DNA of 64,000 bases from Octopus sinensis (GCF_006345805.1 NC_043009.1:2356001-2420000), one strand, 5' to 3'; shown: positions 42,098 to 56,586, counted from the first letter of the stretch. Translations and numbers: made by a program. The notes: generated by a model not told the origin, from the sequence alone.

Positions 42098-42133
42098 GAT
42101 AATTCCGTCGCTAAGGAAGCGATACAGCCAAAA
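42098..42133 (+). CDS. Candidate exon (DNSVAKEAIQPK)
   Basis: Acceptor tttattctgtttctcag, donor GTAAAT; phase 0-0, compatible with its neighbours. Confidence 0.3.
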
Positions 42134-42342
42134 GTAAATTCTTGAATTCTACATGCCGGAACCATATCACTCCTGTGAGTATTAAAACTAAAATTTCATA
42201 GAGGTCATACATAGTTACAATACTTCAAAGAAATCGCTCGCTGATTTCTTTGAAGTTCGGACATTTTACAAGTGTTAACTAAAACATGATTTATTACTAC
42301 TACAAAGAATAAAACTGTCACTTTTTCTACTTTGATTTTTAG

Positions 42343-42444
42343 CTGGTAATGAGAATTGAAATAACGTCAGAAGAGAAAGTCGATGTCGTTAGTGTTGTCA
42401 ATATTGATGGAGTGGAAATACGGCGAAATGAGTTCCAGCCGTGA
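42343..42444 (+). CDS. Candidate terminal exon (LVMRIEITSEEKVDVVSVVNIDGVEIRRNEFQP*)
   Basis: Very strong acceptor ctttttctactttgatttttag; only the phase-0 frame stays open; protein-like composition. Confidence 0.35.
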   Translation: MVMRIEITSEEKVDVVSVVNIDGVEIRRNEFQP

Positions 42445-42625
42445 CTGACTGGTCGATGTAGGCTTGTAGTGTTAACGTGGGTGATGTTGCCGAATATAGT
42501 AATAATGATCTCTGTACACACGCATACACACGCGCACACACGCACACACACATACACACATACAAACACATACACAAACATACAAAACACATGCACCCCC
42601 ACACAAACGCACACACAGACATTTC

Positions 42626-42658
<33 letters not shown>

Positions 42659-42813
42659 ATAAGTATGTGTATGTATGCATATATGTATATATATAGGTAT
42701 ATATGTGGGTGACGCTGACGAATATAATAATAATGATATTTGTACACGCGCACACACACTCACACAAACACACGAACACATGCACCCGCCACACAAACGC
42801 ACACACAGATATT

Positions 42814-42846
<33 letters not shown>

Positions 42847-43339
42847 ACTTCTAAAGTCTAATGAGATGCAAAGTCTAAAGTTTAATGACACGAAACAACA
42901 GTAACATTATGGCTCTGAGTGATACATGTAGAGAGTGAAACTGCTCAAACACTTTCCTAAAGAATTCATATGCAGCCAACAATCACCATTGCGCCTCCAC
43001 TCATTCGTGAGGTATACCTGTTTATCTATATTACACATGTATATCTCTCACAAAATATATCGATTGATGTGTTACTAGCATTAAAAACTACCTGCAAATT
43101 GCAAGCGCTTCCTTTTTCATAGCCTTGCTTTTACATAATGTCATTTGCGTATAATATTTTTGTATTCTCTTGTGTCTGGGGGGGGGTAATTTTCTTTTTG
43201 TGCCTTATAATTTAACACACTCACCGGTAAAATTTCCACTTATTTCTTATTTTTATTTTCCTTAAATTTTCGTTGCATTTTCAGTAACATCCCAAAACGA
43301 AATATTTGTGTTCATTCATTCTTTTACTTTCTTCAGTTA

Positions 43340-43880
43340 TTTGACGGTGTCCATGCTGGAGCACCTTACCTTGAATGGTTTTTGTCAAACGAATCGACCC
43401 CAGGACGTATTTTCACTAATCCTAGTATTTATTCTGTCGGTTTCTTTTGGCGAACGGCTATTTTATGCGGATGTAAACACACATAAACCGGTTATCATGC
43501 GGTGATGCGGGGAAAAATAGAGACTCAAAAATACCCACACAGATATATGTGTATATACTACGGACTACATTGTAATCCGGTCAGTAATACGGATTGTGAT
43601 CTTAAGAGATGTGTGATTTGTGGAAACGCGCGTAGTGATGCGTCAAAACTTTTATGAATTTCATCCAACGATTATTGCTATTATTAATATATATATATAT
43701 CTTTTACTCTTTTACTTGTTTCAGTCGTTTGATTGCGGCCATACTGGAGCACCACCTTTAGTCGAATAAATTGACCTCAGGACTTATTCTTTGAAAGCTT
43801 AGTAAGCACACTGCTGTCAAGCGATGGTGAGGGGTGGGGACAAACACTGATACAGACAACTAACGCATATATACATACAG

Positions 43881-43918
<38 letters not shown>

Positions 43919-44079
43919 TTATACGACGGTTTTCTTTTAGTTCCCATCTACCTATTCCATTCACAAGACTTCGGATGGCACGAGGCTATAGTGAAAGACA
44001 CTTGCCCAAGGTGCCATGCAGTGGGACTGAACCCGAACCATGTGGTTGGGAAGCAACTTTCTTATCACAGAGCCACTAC

Positions 44080-44080
<1 letters not shown>
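43340..44080 (-). mobile_element. SINE family A: partial copy (43340-43510) and near full copy (43700-44080)
   Basis: gacacttgcccaaggtgccatgcagtgggactgaacccgaaccatgtgg head; cttttactcttttacttgtttcagtc tail. Confidence 0.8.
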
Positions 44081-44117
<37 letters not shown>

Positions 44118-44269
44118 GGCAAGTCAGATACGGTATGCAATTTCTGGGCAGAACAGTTCATGATTCTACTAGCCATGAGCATATAAGTCGCAGCGGGATT
44201 GAAACCCGGACCATTTGGCGGGTTGTAATCAACAGATACCATTGCTTTCAACATTGTGTGCACGAGCAA

Positions 44270-44470
44270 GGCGGCGATCTAACTGAATCGTTAGCACATA
44301 TAACTCCTATATTTTATGTACTGATGTCAAATTCCACCGAGGTTGACTTTGCCTTTCATCCTTTCTGGGCCGATATTATAAATGCCACTTGAACAGTGAG
44401 GGATATGTAGTCGAGTTTGCTCCTCCCCCGAAAAAATATATGCTTTTGTGCCAAAATTTGAAACCAAGTG
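44270..44470 (+). mobile_element. SINE family B (diverged)
   Basis: ggcggcgatctaactgaatcgttagcac...caaattccaccgaggttgactttgcctttcatcctttc. Confidence 0.7.
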
Positions 44471-45412
44471 AAATTAATCCTGCAGTAATACTTCGCATAA
44501 AATCGTAGGTTCGAATTACACTGATATAGAGCACGCATTTATCTTCTGTCATGGTTTCCAGCTTCAAGTATCAGAGAACTGAAATAGTTGTTAAAACTAT
44601 AAAACCCCAAATCTGTACCTGCGGTTATGCCTCAGTTTTTTACGTTGTTCCATATAGAAAACGAAGTAGAGATAGATATACCAAAAATAAATCACACACA
44701 CACACATAAAGTAGATAGATACATAGATAGAGGGATAAATATATGCAAATGTTTATCTCGTTCTATACGTTCGTGTCTTATAGTATAATAAAAAAAGTAG
44801 CCGTATGTGTGGCAAAGAAAGTATTGTTTTTTTTTTGCATATTTAAACGTATAAATTTATCTAGGATATAGATAAAATATCTAAACCATCTTAAGGGATT
44901 ACAATGTTTTTTTTCTGCCAGCCAAGACTAATGTAACAGTATATAATAAATAAAAGATGAAATATAATTAAAGCAAACCAACAAAGGAATATACAAAGCA
45001 TTTGCTTTAATCTGAGGGAAAAAAAAACGTATTTTTTTCTCTCTCTTTGTAAACTAATGTCTAATATAGTCTACAAAAACTGTTCAAAATAGTCTTTAGG
45101 AAAAAATGTCTTCAGTAACAAGGAAAAGAAATCATGGAATACGATCTGACGAGATTATAAAACTCATTTTCTCTCTCTTTGCATCCATTTTGTTTTTGTG
45201 ATAATACGACTAAACACTATGTACATTAAAAATACTTAAATATGGCCACTTGCCGAAAGGTATAAAATGGTCTGTTTTAAGTCTTCATTGATTATTTACT
45301 CGTGTTTAAAACAAGAAAATCTATATAATATCTGTTTTATTTTATACAATACATTATATTATACTTTTGTTTTAGTTCTTGACTTCCGCCATTGTAGTGC
45401 GAATATACATAC

Positions 45413-45483
<71 letters not shown>

Positions 45484-48372
45484 CATATATATATATCAAC
45501 GTTTAGGAACATTTTTACATAGATACATACAATTATAGATGCATATACATGCAAGCATAAATGCAATTAATACCGCGAGTGGTGGGCAGAATTTACTGAG
45601 ATGCTCCCGTGTATATGTTTTTGTTGCATTGTATCTTTTCCTTATATGATTATCTTAGGTATTTTGTTTATACATCGCTATCCTATCAGTTTTGTTGTTA
45701 GCAAAATATCTGATTTTTCCTGAAGAATTGTTGTGTTCAAAAGGATTTTTTTTTCACTATATTTTTTTTTCTGTGGTACTTCCGGATGTTTGATAAGAAA
45801 CCATCTATTGAAATGTATATTTAGAAATGTTCCCAAACTTTCTACAAATACACCGCATATATGTATATATATATATACCGAAATATTTATGTCACTATGT
45901 GTGAAAGCAAGAATATGCATATATATATACATATATGTATATGTGTGTGTGTGTATGTATGTATATCTATGTATATATGTAACGCCTTTGTATTTGTGAT
46001 TCTATATATGTGTTGTTAGAAAGGATTGAAAAATTGAATGTAAAGTAGAGTTTTAGATAACGGGTCTTTGTAACAAAGAGGCTACATAAAGAAAATTTCA
46101 CTTGAAACCACACATGTAGACTCTCAGGGATTACGCGTGAAGCGGCGAAGGAGCGGTCCGTTGGTGATATATCATTAGATGTTGTGGTTGACACAAGGGC
46201 ACAATTGGTTCCAAGTTCAGTAGTCTATCATAAATAAATACTAATCAATTTAAAGATTATTTCATTAATACTATGTTCTACCCTCTAGTCTGTAATTACG
46301 CCTAGTTAAGGATCGAACACAGTTTCAAAGTAAAATGCTATTAATTTCACATATACAGAGTAAATAATGTACATATGCAGAGTAGTAAATATAAGGGACC
46401 TCCCACACAAGATCACACGAATATGCAATCATTAGATGTCTGTGTATACTAAATCGGGGTTATAATGAAGACATGGACAATAGGAAGTCGGATAACCGAC
46501 AAAGCGAAGAAGAGAACAAGGGCTTAAAATGTTATCTGTACAATGAGGCAAATGTTGGGCTTTAACTATCCAGTGGGCTGATATTGCGTGTCAGACTCGA
46601 CAATGTCCGTTGTAATTTGGCGTAAAGACCCAGAGAGGCAATCAGTTGGCGGGGACGACGTCAGCTGCCTCATTCATCATCCAAAGGTGTTTTGCTCAGA
46701 AAAAAAAAATTCAGAACAGAACAGTGGACTACACATGTATCGCGTAGGGAGATATTAGTGAGTCATCTAGTTTTTGAACGGAACCCTTTTCCCAGGCGGG
46801 CATGATGCGTCCATACAAATAGAGATAAAATCCATCCATCCATCCATCCACCCAAACAGCCAGTCAGCTTGCCAGGGAGTCAGCCAGCCAAACATCCAAC
46901 CTGCCATTCACTCAGCCAGCGGCAACCTGTTGTGTTCAGTTATTAGCGCAGATTCTGCTGCTGGTCAGGACGAAGAGGGTTAATTGCCCAGGTATCGGCC
47001 GCACTTTGTCAGGTTTATGGTCGAAACTATGCCAAATGAGACCTCCGGCCCTCTCGGTTGCCGGACCCCTAATTCACCGATATTGTGGCGGGGATGGCTA
47101 TGCGCAAATGCCTGTCCCGCAAGTCACAGTGGATGGATATTCTATAACATTTTGTCTGCTGGGACAAGGAGACGGTGGGAAATCGAAAGAATGTCGGAAT
47201 TTCACAGCTTCCTACACGAAAATAAAATTATGCAACCCATCATCACAGTACAACAAATCCTGAAATGGCCACCAACAATACACTCCTCCATGCATCCAAC
47301 CATTTGTTCATGTTCTTACGCACATATGTATGTATGTCATTATTTAGTTTATTTCAAGATTTCTTTGCTAATAGAGAAAAACAGGTTTCTAACCAAGTTC
47401 CAATGATTCTTCATTGGAATTTTAACATCAACAATGGGGTATTTTGTATGTCTGTCTACTGTCTGTCTGTCTGTCTGCCTGTATGTATGTATGTATGTAT
47501 GTATCTGCAGATTTTGATGTTACATACGTAGACATGCTCATATAAATTGAAATGACGAACCCCTGGCAAATTTTACAGATTCTTTACAGTTCCAGTGACG
47601 GATTGGATCTGTAGTCTTCGAATTAGTTTTCTCCTTTCTGGATTCGAGAATTCTAGTTTCTCAACATTGTTATTTAGGAAGTGTGTTTCATATCCCAGGG
47701 CCCCAATAACGACAGGTATAAACCTGAACTTGTAATCTAGATAGAGTAACTGTATGTCTGTATGTATATATATTTTATATTTATATTTTATCTAGATTTA
47801 GCTCATGAGCTGTGGCCATGCTGGGGCACCGCCATTATGTATGTATGTATAGTCATGTGTGGTGCTCTGTCTACATTGATATATATTAATAACACAAATA
47901 CTCTTATTATGTATAAATTAATATTATGTATAAATTTCTGATACATTCACCGTTTGAGAATTGCTCCTTAAGTTACTTTCTCAAATCAATATTTTGCTTG
48001 ACGTTTAAAGACAATTATTAACATGTTTAATGTTAATTAGGTAACTTATTAAAATTCATCTTTGAAGTCTAACGCGTTGGTACCCCTAATTTTCCTTACC
48101 AGAATTAATATGTTAATGATTCTTGATTTGAAATGGGGATGTAATTTTATTTAATTCATAACTGAGACCCGTGTAGTAAGTATTTTGGTAAGCACATTAC
48201 TCATTCTGCCATAAATGTATATTTTTCTATTCAAACATTTAAATGTATTAATACGTTCTTATTTAATGCATACATGTGGACACAATCGCATTTGCGTAAA
48301 CACAGACACGCACATAAACATGCAAACATAAATAGACACACGCACGTAAACAGACACACTAGTACACATATA

Positions 48373-48594
48373 TTGGGTCATCCCATAAATAATGCGGGGT
48401 TTATTAATACGGCTTTAGTTTTAAAAAATTAAGATAATCAAAGTTCTTTTTTTATCTAAAATATACTCCCCTTCATTTTCTACAATGCTCTTCCATCTGT
48501 CTGGTAGACTATCAATCCCCCTCTTCCAAAATTCACTTGTCCGTGACGAAAAATACTACTCCAGAACTGTTCTGACCTCGTCTATGGAATTCAT
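48373..48594 (-). mobile_element. mariner 3' end with TIR (same family as 8623-8997)
   Basis: TIR ta|ttgggtcatcccataaataatgcgg; translation MNSIDEVRTVLE*YFSSRTSEFWKRGIDSLPDRWKSIVENEGEYILD*. Confidence 0.9.
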
Positions 48595-48871
48595 AGGTGA
48601 ATTATTCAAACCCCAAAGAATCCTTCTCAACACATGGCTATGATGCTCCCCCACTACTTCTTCCCGTGATCAGAGATGCACTGCACATATCGTCAGCCAC
48701 TAAGGGACATGCTCAACTGGTTAAGGTCAAACAAATGACAAGCAAATCTGTGGTATTGAGCAGAATATTTGCTGTAGCCCATCTTTTATACCAAGACAAA
48801 ACAATGTACATGATAACACTTCCAATCAGTTAAGATCAGAAGCCATGAGAGCCACTGCCTGTATTATTATT
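48595..48871 (-). mobile_element. TAA-associated element, 5' half (copy 2)
   Basis: Matches 3125-3310 and extends about 80 bp further (ataccaagacaaaac...gagccactgcctg) to a (TTA)n tract. Confidence 0.8.
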
Positions 48872-48953
48872 ATTATTATCATTATTATTAGCATTATTAT
48901 TATTATTATCATTATTATTATTATCATTATTATTATTATTATTATAATTATTA

Positions 48954-49047
<94 letters not shown>

Positions 49048-49061
49048 TATTATTATTCAGC

Positions 49062-49519
49062 GACAGAGCAGTGCATGCCATCAAAGTGACACTGGGGTAA
49101 AATATATGAAGCCCAGTATACCCATCATGACTACCCGTCTGATAAGGGTACACCAGACACATGCATCACAACCATATGTGCGCGACATGGTGATCTCATA
49201 TCAAAATAAACAGCGCATGACCTTGCAGGTGGGTCCCAGTTAGAATTTTCTTCTGGTCGAGTAACCCATCCCGCTCAAAAGGTCCCTGAATAAGGGTTGT
49301 TTAAGGATGTTGAACAAACCACCTATGTTTCCAAAGGGGAATTATCCAAACCTCCAAGAATTCCTTTCAAGATACGGCTATGATTCTCCAGCACTACATC
49401 TGCTCGCGGTCAGGGATGCACTTATCGTCAGCCACTAATGAACATGGTCAACTGGTTAACGTCAAACAACTGACAAGCAAATCTGTGGTATTGAGCAGAA
49501 TATTTGCTGTAACCCATAT
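49062..49519 (-). mobile_element. TAA-associated element (copy 3)
   Basis: Collinear with 2860-3305; (TTA)n on both sides. Confidence 0.85.
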
Positions 49520-49555
49520 TATTATTATCATTATTATTATTATTATTATTATTAA

Positions 49556-49609
<54 letters not shown>

Positions 49610-49617
49610 CATTATTA

Positions 49618-49672
<55 letters not shown>

Positions 49673-49680
49673 GATCATCA

Positions 49681-49736
<56 letters not shown>

Positions 49737-49749
49737 GTTATTATTATTA

Positions 49750-50110
49750 TTTATCATCGTTTCTATCTCAGGAAATGCAAATCCAGTTGCATCTCTTTTT
49801 AGCTGAGTCTGTCAGTGTAATTTGGGCATTGAGAAAAAAGATTTGACAGCTTTTTTTATGAAATCATACCTAGACTTTCCCAGAAAATCTGTTCCCCACA
49901 TTTCTCTGGTAGCACTCTGGCATGCAAAGCAGATTCTCTCAGGTTGTTGCTTAAAAGGGCATAGTATTCGGTTAGGTTTGCAAGTCCTCTTCATTGCTCA
50001 GTACTAGCTTCCATTAAAGTGATTGTAGTACCATATCTAATCTCCTACCAAATCTTGGGTGTAGTGGTGATTTTTTGGTGTCTACGAAATTGATCGTCGT
50101 TCTGAATATC
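49750..50110 (-). mobile_element. Further (TAA)n-tailed element 3' end
   Basis: Terminal atttgcatttcctgagatagaaacgatgataaat(aat)n also occurs on the plus strand at 52031-52066. Confidence 0.5.
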
Positions 50111-50402
50111 TGGTGTCGCTTAGACACGACATTATTGCATAAATATGCTTTCAAATATATGGAAGGTGTTAAAAGTAATTATACAGAAAATTGAGAAAAT
50201 AATAAGCAGACACAATAAGTTTCCATGCAAACTTTAAATAGCTAAGAGTTTTGGAGCTAAATGAAGTTAGATCGAATCTTTTACGATGATTACATGTTCA
50301 AACATCGAGCATTCTAAACAAAAGAAAAATATTCGTTAATATCTTATAACATATCATAAATAACAGCAAATATAATTTGATGGGAATACGTATCATCGTA
50401 AA

Positions 50403-50458
<56 letters not shown>

Positions 50459-50477
50459 ATATATATATATTTATAGT

Positions 50478-50676
50478 TAATCCAAACAAGAAAACACAAA
50501 AAAAAACAACGCGAGGACGTGGAACAAATATAGTATTATTGGACGCTCAGGAAAGAAGGGAAGAAGGAGGGCTTAACGTTTCGAGCGGAGCTCTTCGTCG
50601 GAAACATAGGAGAAGGAAAGATCCCGAGAAGGGAAGACAGAGGAAAAAATCGCCAACGGTACACACGAGGTCACAT

Positions 50677-50677
<1 letters not shown>
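50478..50677 (-). mobile_element. PLE-end-like repeat (family H4) with hammerhead motif at 50571-50605
   Basis: Helix I GUUU/AAGC, core CCGACGA+A, helix II GAGC/GCUC, GAAA, ACGU, triplet GUU; inverted homologue at 61224-61428. Confidence 0.7.
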
Positions 50678-50767
<90 letters not shown>

Positions 50768-50898
50768 GTTAATAGTTACCGTCAAGTTAACATGTCAATC
50801 CAGAAAAATAGCACGAATACTGCCGTTGATTAGCTCCAAGAGGCCATCGCATCTAGCTAGCTATGTGACACAGTAACCTATGTCCATTATAACCTTCA

Positions 50899-51097
50899 AA
50901 CAGAGGAGGTCAGCCGCTTCCCATTGCCGCTCTGGCATCTACAGGCTATTCCACTGAATTTAGGTAAATAATCCTTCGAATAGACAGTCAGTAGCGACCC
51001 TGCCTGGTTCGGCTGCTCTATATTGATACAGGACAAATACCCGAAAACTAGTCTGTAGATGCTAGACCGGCAAACGGAAGCGGCTGACCTCCCTGTT
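50899..51097. repeat. About 50-bp GC-rich inverted repeat with 100-bp spacer
   Basis: aacagaggaggtcagccgcttcccattgccgctctggcatctacaggcta vs tagtctgtagatgctagaccggcaaacggaagcggctgacctccctgtt. Confidence 0.85.
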
Positions 51098-51139
51098 CAC
51101 CGCTGCCGTAGTCTCTTTTAGAGAGACTTAGAAATATTA

Positions 51140-51172
<33 letters not shown>

Positions 51173-51297
51173 TCAATAATTATATATGTATGTATATAAT
51201 AATAATAATAAGTGACAACAAAAGAATGAGGTCTCGATAATAGGTAAATAGAGGATTATTTATATATGTGTAGTTTAGGACGACAAGTCAGTTGTCA

Positions 51298-51360
51298 TAA
51301 TAGTACTCAGCGTTTCAAATCCCGGAGCAAAATGCTACGATGAATTCTCGTCGGCTATTA
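51298..51360 (-). ncRNA. Minimal type I hammerhead motif (family H5)
   Basis: Helix I UAAUAG/CUAUUA, core CCGACGA, helix II GAAUUC/GGAUUU, GAAA, helix III ACGCUGAGU, triplet GUA. Confidence 0.6.
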
Positions 51361-51380
51361 ATGTATAAAAACATGTGTAA

Positions 51381-51426
<46 letters not shown>

Positions 51427-51587
51427 CATCAAACGATTGTAGTGCTCTACCTTGGATGTCCTTGTTGCTTATTTTGATTATAATCACTCCATTTGATTTA
51501 TATGGATAATACCATACAAAATTCTGGTGCCTTTAACTTAAGTACCATATTTATCTGAATCTATGTATGTGTGTGTGTATGTGTTTG

Positions 51588-51621
<34 letters not shown>

Positions 51622-51714
51622 CGCGCATGTGTCTCAGAATGTGAGAGTAGATGTGTATGTGTACATATGCGTGTGTATGTGTGTTTGACACTGTGTGTGT
51701 ATGCGTTCACGGAA

Positions 51715-51870
51715 ACGTGGTAAGAAGCTTGCTTCCTAACTATATGGGTTTCGGTCCAGACCCGTTCTACGTCACACTGGACAATTGTCTTCTACTATAG
51801 TCTCATCAGGTCGAGCAAAACCTTTAGAGTGAATTCATTAAGCGGAAACTGAGAGAAGCCTGTCGTATTT
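51715..51870 (+). mobile_element. Degenerate SINE A 5' half
   Basis: gtggtaagaagcttgcttcctaac...tgtcttctactatag...gcggaaactgagagaagcctgtcgta. Confidence 0.65.
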
Positions 51871-51905
51871 ATAAACATATATGTATATATTTATACCTAT
51901 CTATC

Positions 51906-51956
<51 letters not shown>

Positions 51957-52097
51957 ATGAGTGTGTGTGTGTGTATATATATTTTCCAAATGGTAACTTA
52001 AAGAACCCCGTTGTATATGTGTGTGTGTATTTGTCTGCATTTTCTGTGATAGAAACGGTGATAAATAATAATAATAATACAAATAATAATAATAATG

Positions 52098-52149
<52 letters not shown>

Positions 52150-52151
<2 letters not shown>

Positions 52152-52310
52152 GCGAATAATACCTTAGGAATGAGAACCCAGGTTCGAAATCTCTCCAAGA
52201 CACCTGATGAACGCTAGAGGGTATATCAGCCGAAACGTTTGTTAACAACAAACAAGATAAGCATAAATATCCGTCAACTGTAAACAATGTAAATAATGTA
52301 GATAATGTAA
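52150..52310 (+). mobile_element. Headless copy of the hammerhead SINE tail (family H3)
   Basis: Collinear with 26200-26350; core CUGAUGA at 52204, with helices I and II damaged by a deletion and a substitution. Confidence 0.75.
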
Positions 52311-53556
52311 GAGTTGTAGGTAATAACAGTAAGAAGGCAGCCAAAGCTGAAAAGGTAATAAAAATACTGAGTAACGAAAGATTGGATGGAATGTGAAGAG
52401 TTATCCATTCGGTAAGTTGTTTATAAAAGCTCTAATTAACTAAATATTTAAATATGGAACTGAAATCCTGGGTAAAATAGAGACAGTAAGGTTAAAGGTG
52501 GGGTGGGGGGTCAAACTGGGGGAAAAGTAAGGAAAGTGTACAAGAAATGATAAAGCGGAGGTATCTAAAGAAGATTTTGGAAAAACAGAAGAATTTAATA
52601 AACGTAGCAAAATTGTGTTCCAAATTTCTGAGTGCGCCTGATAGAAATGGAAGCGAACGATTTGGCAGATCTCATAAAAATAATATAAAGTATAACATCT
52701 GCTCGAATATTCGAGAGATGGAAAAAAGTTACTGACTAATATTATCAATAAAAAATTTGACAATAAAACTTATTTGAAAATATATACAGGACAATATATA
52801 TAAGAAATATTTGTATAGATAGAGAGGATTCGAATAATAATCTATCTATCTTGCTAGCTAGCTAGGTATCTACCTATCTAGGAGGGAGAGAGAGGGGGAG
52901 AGAGCGCGCGAGAGAGAGAGAGACGTGGGGAAACAATTTATGGCAAGAGATGTGAAAAGATCCACAGGTAAATAAAGAGGTAACTTCTTAAGAATAAGTG
53001 GACCTATTAAAGCTCAGGCTTTACATTAATGGCGAAGTTTCGCTGCAGTTTTAAAATAAAGTGCAACATATTATTGGGATAAGTTTAGCAAGCAGAAATA
53101 TTAGAGAACAACAATAACATTGAAGGTAATATTGTAATATAGAAATTACACCAAAATCAACACAATAGATAACTTTGTTTCTGTGTCAACAGATCGAGTA
53201 GAATTAATACTATAAAGACAAAATATAATGTAGTAATGATATTCTATTATCTATGTGATAAGAATGGCGGTTGTATAGTACACTCTACTCATAGTATGAA
53301 ACGACTGTGTTATTTTCATTATAACTATTGTTGCATAATCTCATATTACTTTTATAACCCTTAGCTATAATATTCTGATGGACTAGAGGATATATTTTAA
53401 TATTCAATTCCTTTGCATCCAAAATAATTTTCGTGTATATAATTTCAGTTTTCCTCTTTGGGTTTCTGAGTGTTTGGGTATGACAATTGTAGCGTAATTT
53501 GAATTGTGTTATATATGAAAATATATTTTGGGTACATTAACATTGCTTTACTAGGC

Positions 53557-53770
53557 TACGAGGGGGTACTGAAATGTTCCTGGCTCTGGCTAAAGGAAAA
53601 TAAAGGCGGATCAGTTTATTATGATTATATTCAACATATTCTCCTCCTATAAGGATCACACTTATTGTAGTGGTCCTTCTCTTTTCTAAGCCTTGTAAAA
53701 GAACTTGGGAGGTTGGGCCTTCAACTAGGCCTTTTGTGATACTCTTAAGGCCAGGAATATAAGCTTTTAC
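53557..53770. mobile_element. Decayed mariner-derived MITE
   Basis: ta|cgagggggtactgaaatgttcctggct resembles mariner TIRs; partial inverse ggccaggaatataagctttt. Confidence 0.4.
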
Positions 53771-54289
53771 GATTTAAAGTGCAATTACGTAGCTTTGAAA
53801 TGTCTTATTTGTTATTAATATTGCCAATGCGATTGCGTATCAGTATTAAGTGTCATAGGATGTGTATTCTTTATATTCTTCCGATTAAAACATCTATACT
53901 GTCTATGCTGCCGGTGGAGTGTTTTGCATGCAAGTGGAAGAAAGTTCTGGATTGCTATACATGGAAGTGGATTATACTATATCCTAATAACCTATATCTA
54001 TTTCTGATGCTGATGATATGGGTGCTAGTTTCAATGTAGAATTTTTTTATTTGATTACAATTTTAATTATTTATTCATTGTAGTATGTTGCAAGCTCGTT
54101 TAAAATTTCCATTCGAGGAGGGATCTTTGAGATTGGAAGTAAAATATTTCTTAACTACATAATTGATAATATTTTGTGTTGATTGGTTAGTGCTTTTATG
54201 TTGTTTATCGATTCCGTAGATTTCCTTGATGGTTGAGAAATTGCTGCAGAGAGCTTTATGATTATAAAGAGAAAGTTGTGTTTATCAAG

Positions 54290-54750
54290 TCTCCATTCAC
54301 AATGGATCAATTGTCGGACATTCATGTAAAAATTATTGGAGGTCTTTCTGTATTCTATCACTTCATTATGGATTAGAATTATACCATACCTGTAGACAAT
54401 CATCTGAATAAGGTCATCATTGTGTGTATTGACATTCGGTTTCAGTATAATAGAGTACGAAAAGGCATTCAAGATGACTATTTTGTGTGGATTCATTCGT
54501 CGACATCCTGCCCGTAAACAGGGGTATAAATGATTTTGGAAGCCCATTATCGATCGTGGTTCTGTTGAAACTTTCCCTTGCTATGAATAATAATGTCATT
54601 GTTGGAGTCCTTGAGATTGGTAATGGATTTAGGGAAGCTGATAGCGCAATGAATAGAATGCAAAAATATAGAATTGTTAAAGGAGCTACTTTAAAAGCTG
54701 TTAACAATGTCTTTTGTATTTAACCACAAAGATAAGAGGAGATATTCATA
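54290..54750 (-). mobile_element. Penelope-like element GIY-YIG endonuclease relic
   Basis: Broken translation ..TNESTQ...LECL..LYYTETE.Q..Q and ..ECPTIDPL resemble PLE 'TC.S.N.IY...C..C...YIGET' and 'L.T+.P.GLN'; many stops. Confidence 0.5.
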
Positions 54751-56539
54751 ACTTTAAGGCGTATTTCATCAGGAATCTGCTGATATTCTCGATATTAATT
54801 TTAATGGGTTTGCTTAATCTGATGGCTATATTTTGTTCATAATTAATTACAGTCTTTCATTAAAAACTAGGTGTTGGTTATTCAATGAATAATTGAACTT
54901 TTCTCCAATAAGTCGAATTTTAATTACAACATATTTATTTTTATTAATATCATAAGCTGAATTTTATCATTACGATGTTTATTTTTTTTATTTTCTAGCC
55001 TTTCGATCCAACTTTACATAATATTCCAGCTTCCCTATTTCATATGTCCCATCAACTCATTACTCAAAAAATGGTTTCTATTTCTTTCACTTTTTGTTCA
55101 GTTTGTATATTATTATGTGTGTCGTGCAATTCACTTTATTTTTTAATTTCTGTGTTAGTAAGAAATGTAAAATTTTCGTTAGTGTAATACTTTATTATTG
55201 AACACTTCAAATTATTTCAAGCATAACTTTTTGTAGGTATTAACCATATCTCAATCTCTTTTTAAACATTAGTTTAATCTACATTGAAATATTTTCGGAC
55301 AAACTCTCAGTCATCTGCTTACATATCCGCCATTAAGACTATAACACGCCTCCTAATTTTCTTTGACATCCATTATTTTAAACAGCTAAATAATGCAACG
55401 AATCTATTACTTATATTCATATTATTTTTAGTTATATGTCACATCCTAATTGATCCTATTATTTTTATTGCATTGCATCATTGTCTGCTTCACATTTACT
55501 CTCTTGTTAAACGTTTAACTATTATCCATGCACGCCATTTTGAAGCTCTCAAGCCTTAAACTCAATTTCTCTCTTCTCCCAAACATACATATATACACAA
55601 TCGTATCACACAGCCCCAAACGTATTGTTACTTAATTATTCTCTAAGGGATTATTAATCACACATGAATACAACCAGGGAGCTACATCACATTTTAATAA
55701 TCACTTTTTTATCAGCTTAATGTTCTTTCGATATCTAATAAACTACCTCACTAACACACATACAAACAAACTCACGGACTCACACACTCATCTCTTCCTT
55801 TCTCACCCACTCCCAAATTATCATTGTATCCCCTTTACATATGCCTATCTGCAACTCTTAACTGTCTTTGTTACAAGAACTATACGCCAATATAATTCAC
55901 GATAATCGAATGGTATCGAAATATAAATCGATCAATGGGCAATGGAATTACTCCGATTCCATTTCTTATATTGCATTTTCAGTCTACACACGAGTAAATG
56001 AAGTTATTTTCTTTACATTCTGACAAATAGCGAAATGTCAGGCGATTATGACATGTAATGAGAGCCAAGTAAACAAAATGGCGATCTCACCACGATATAT
56101 ATTATATGCGACCATCACAAATGATTGCATATAATGATCAAACCAACTGATATATCACTGTCAGATTCTATTGACAAATTCCCACAGGCACACAAAAACA
56201 CATGCACACTCAAACACACACACACACACTGATACATAAACATACACACACAAATACGCACACATTAACGCTTACATACACAAACACAGACACACTAACA
56301 GGACTTTCATCCAAGCACATGCGACAAAATACATATACAAGCATACATGCATATATGATTCTATACACACTTACGCAAGTACATACATACATACATAATA
56401 CGTGCATACATACATGCATATATAAGTATATATATATATATACATGTATGTACATGTATGTATATGTATATATATATATACATGTACATACATATATACA
56501 TATATATGCATATATATGTATATATATATATATAGATTT

Positions 56540-56586
<47 letters not shown>

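Noticed and set aside
48800-48871. U2 snRNA-like or HDV-ribozyme-like reading of the TAA element leader
   Set aside because: Only short word matches (tgcagtacc, atcagtt); I could not close P1.1 and P4 by hand
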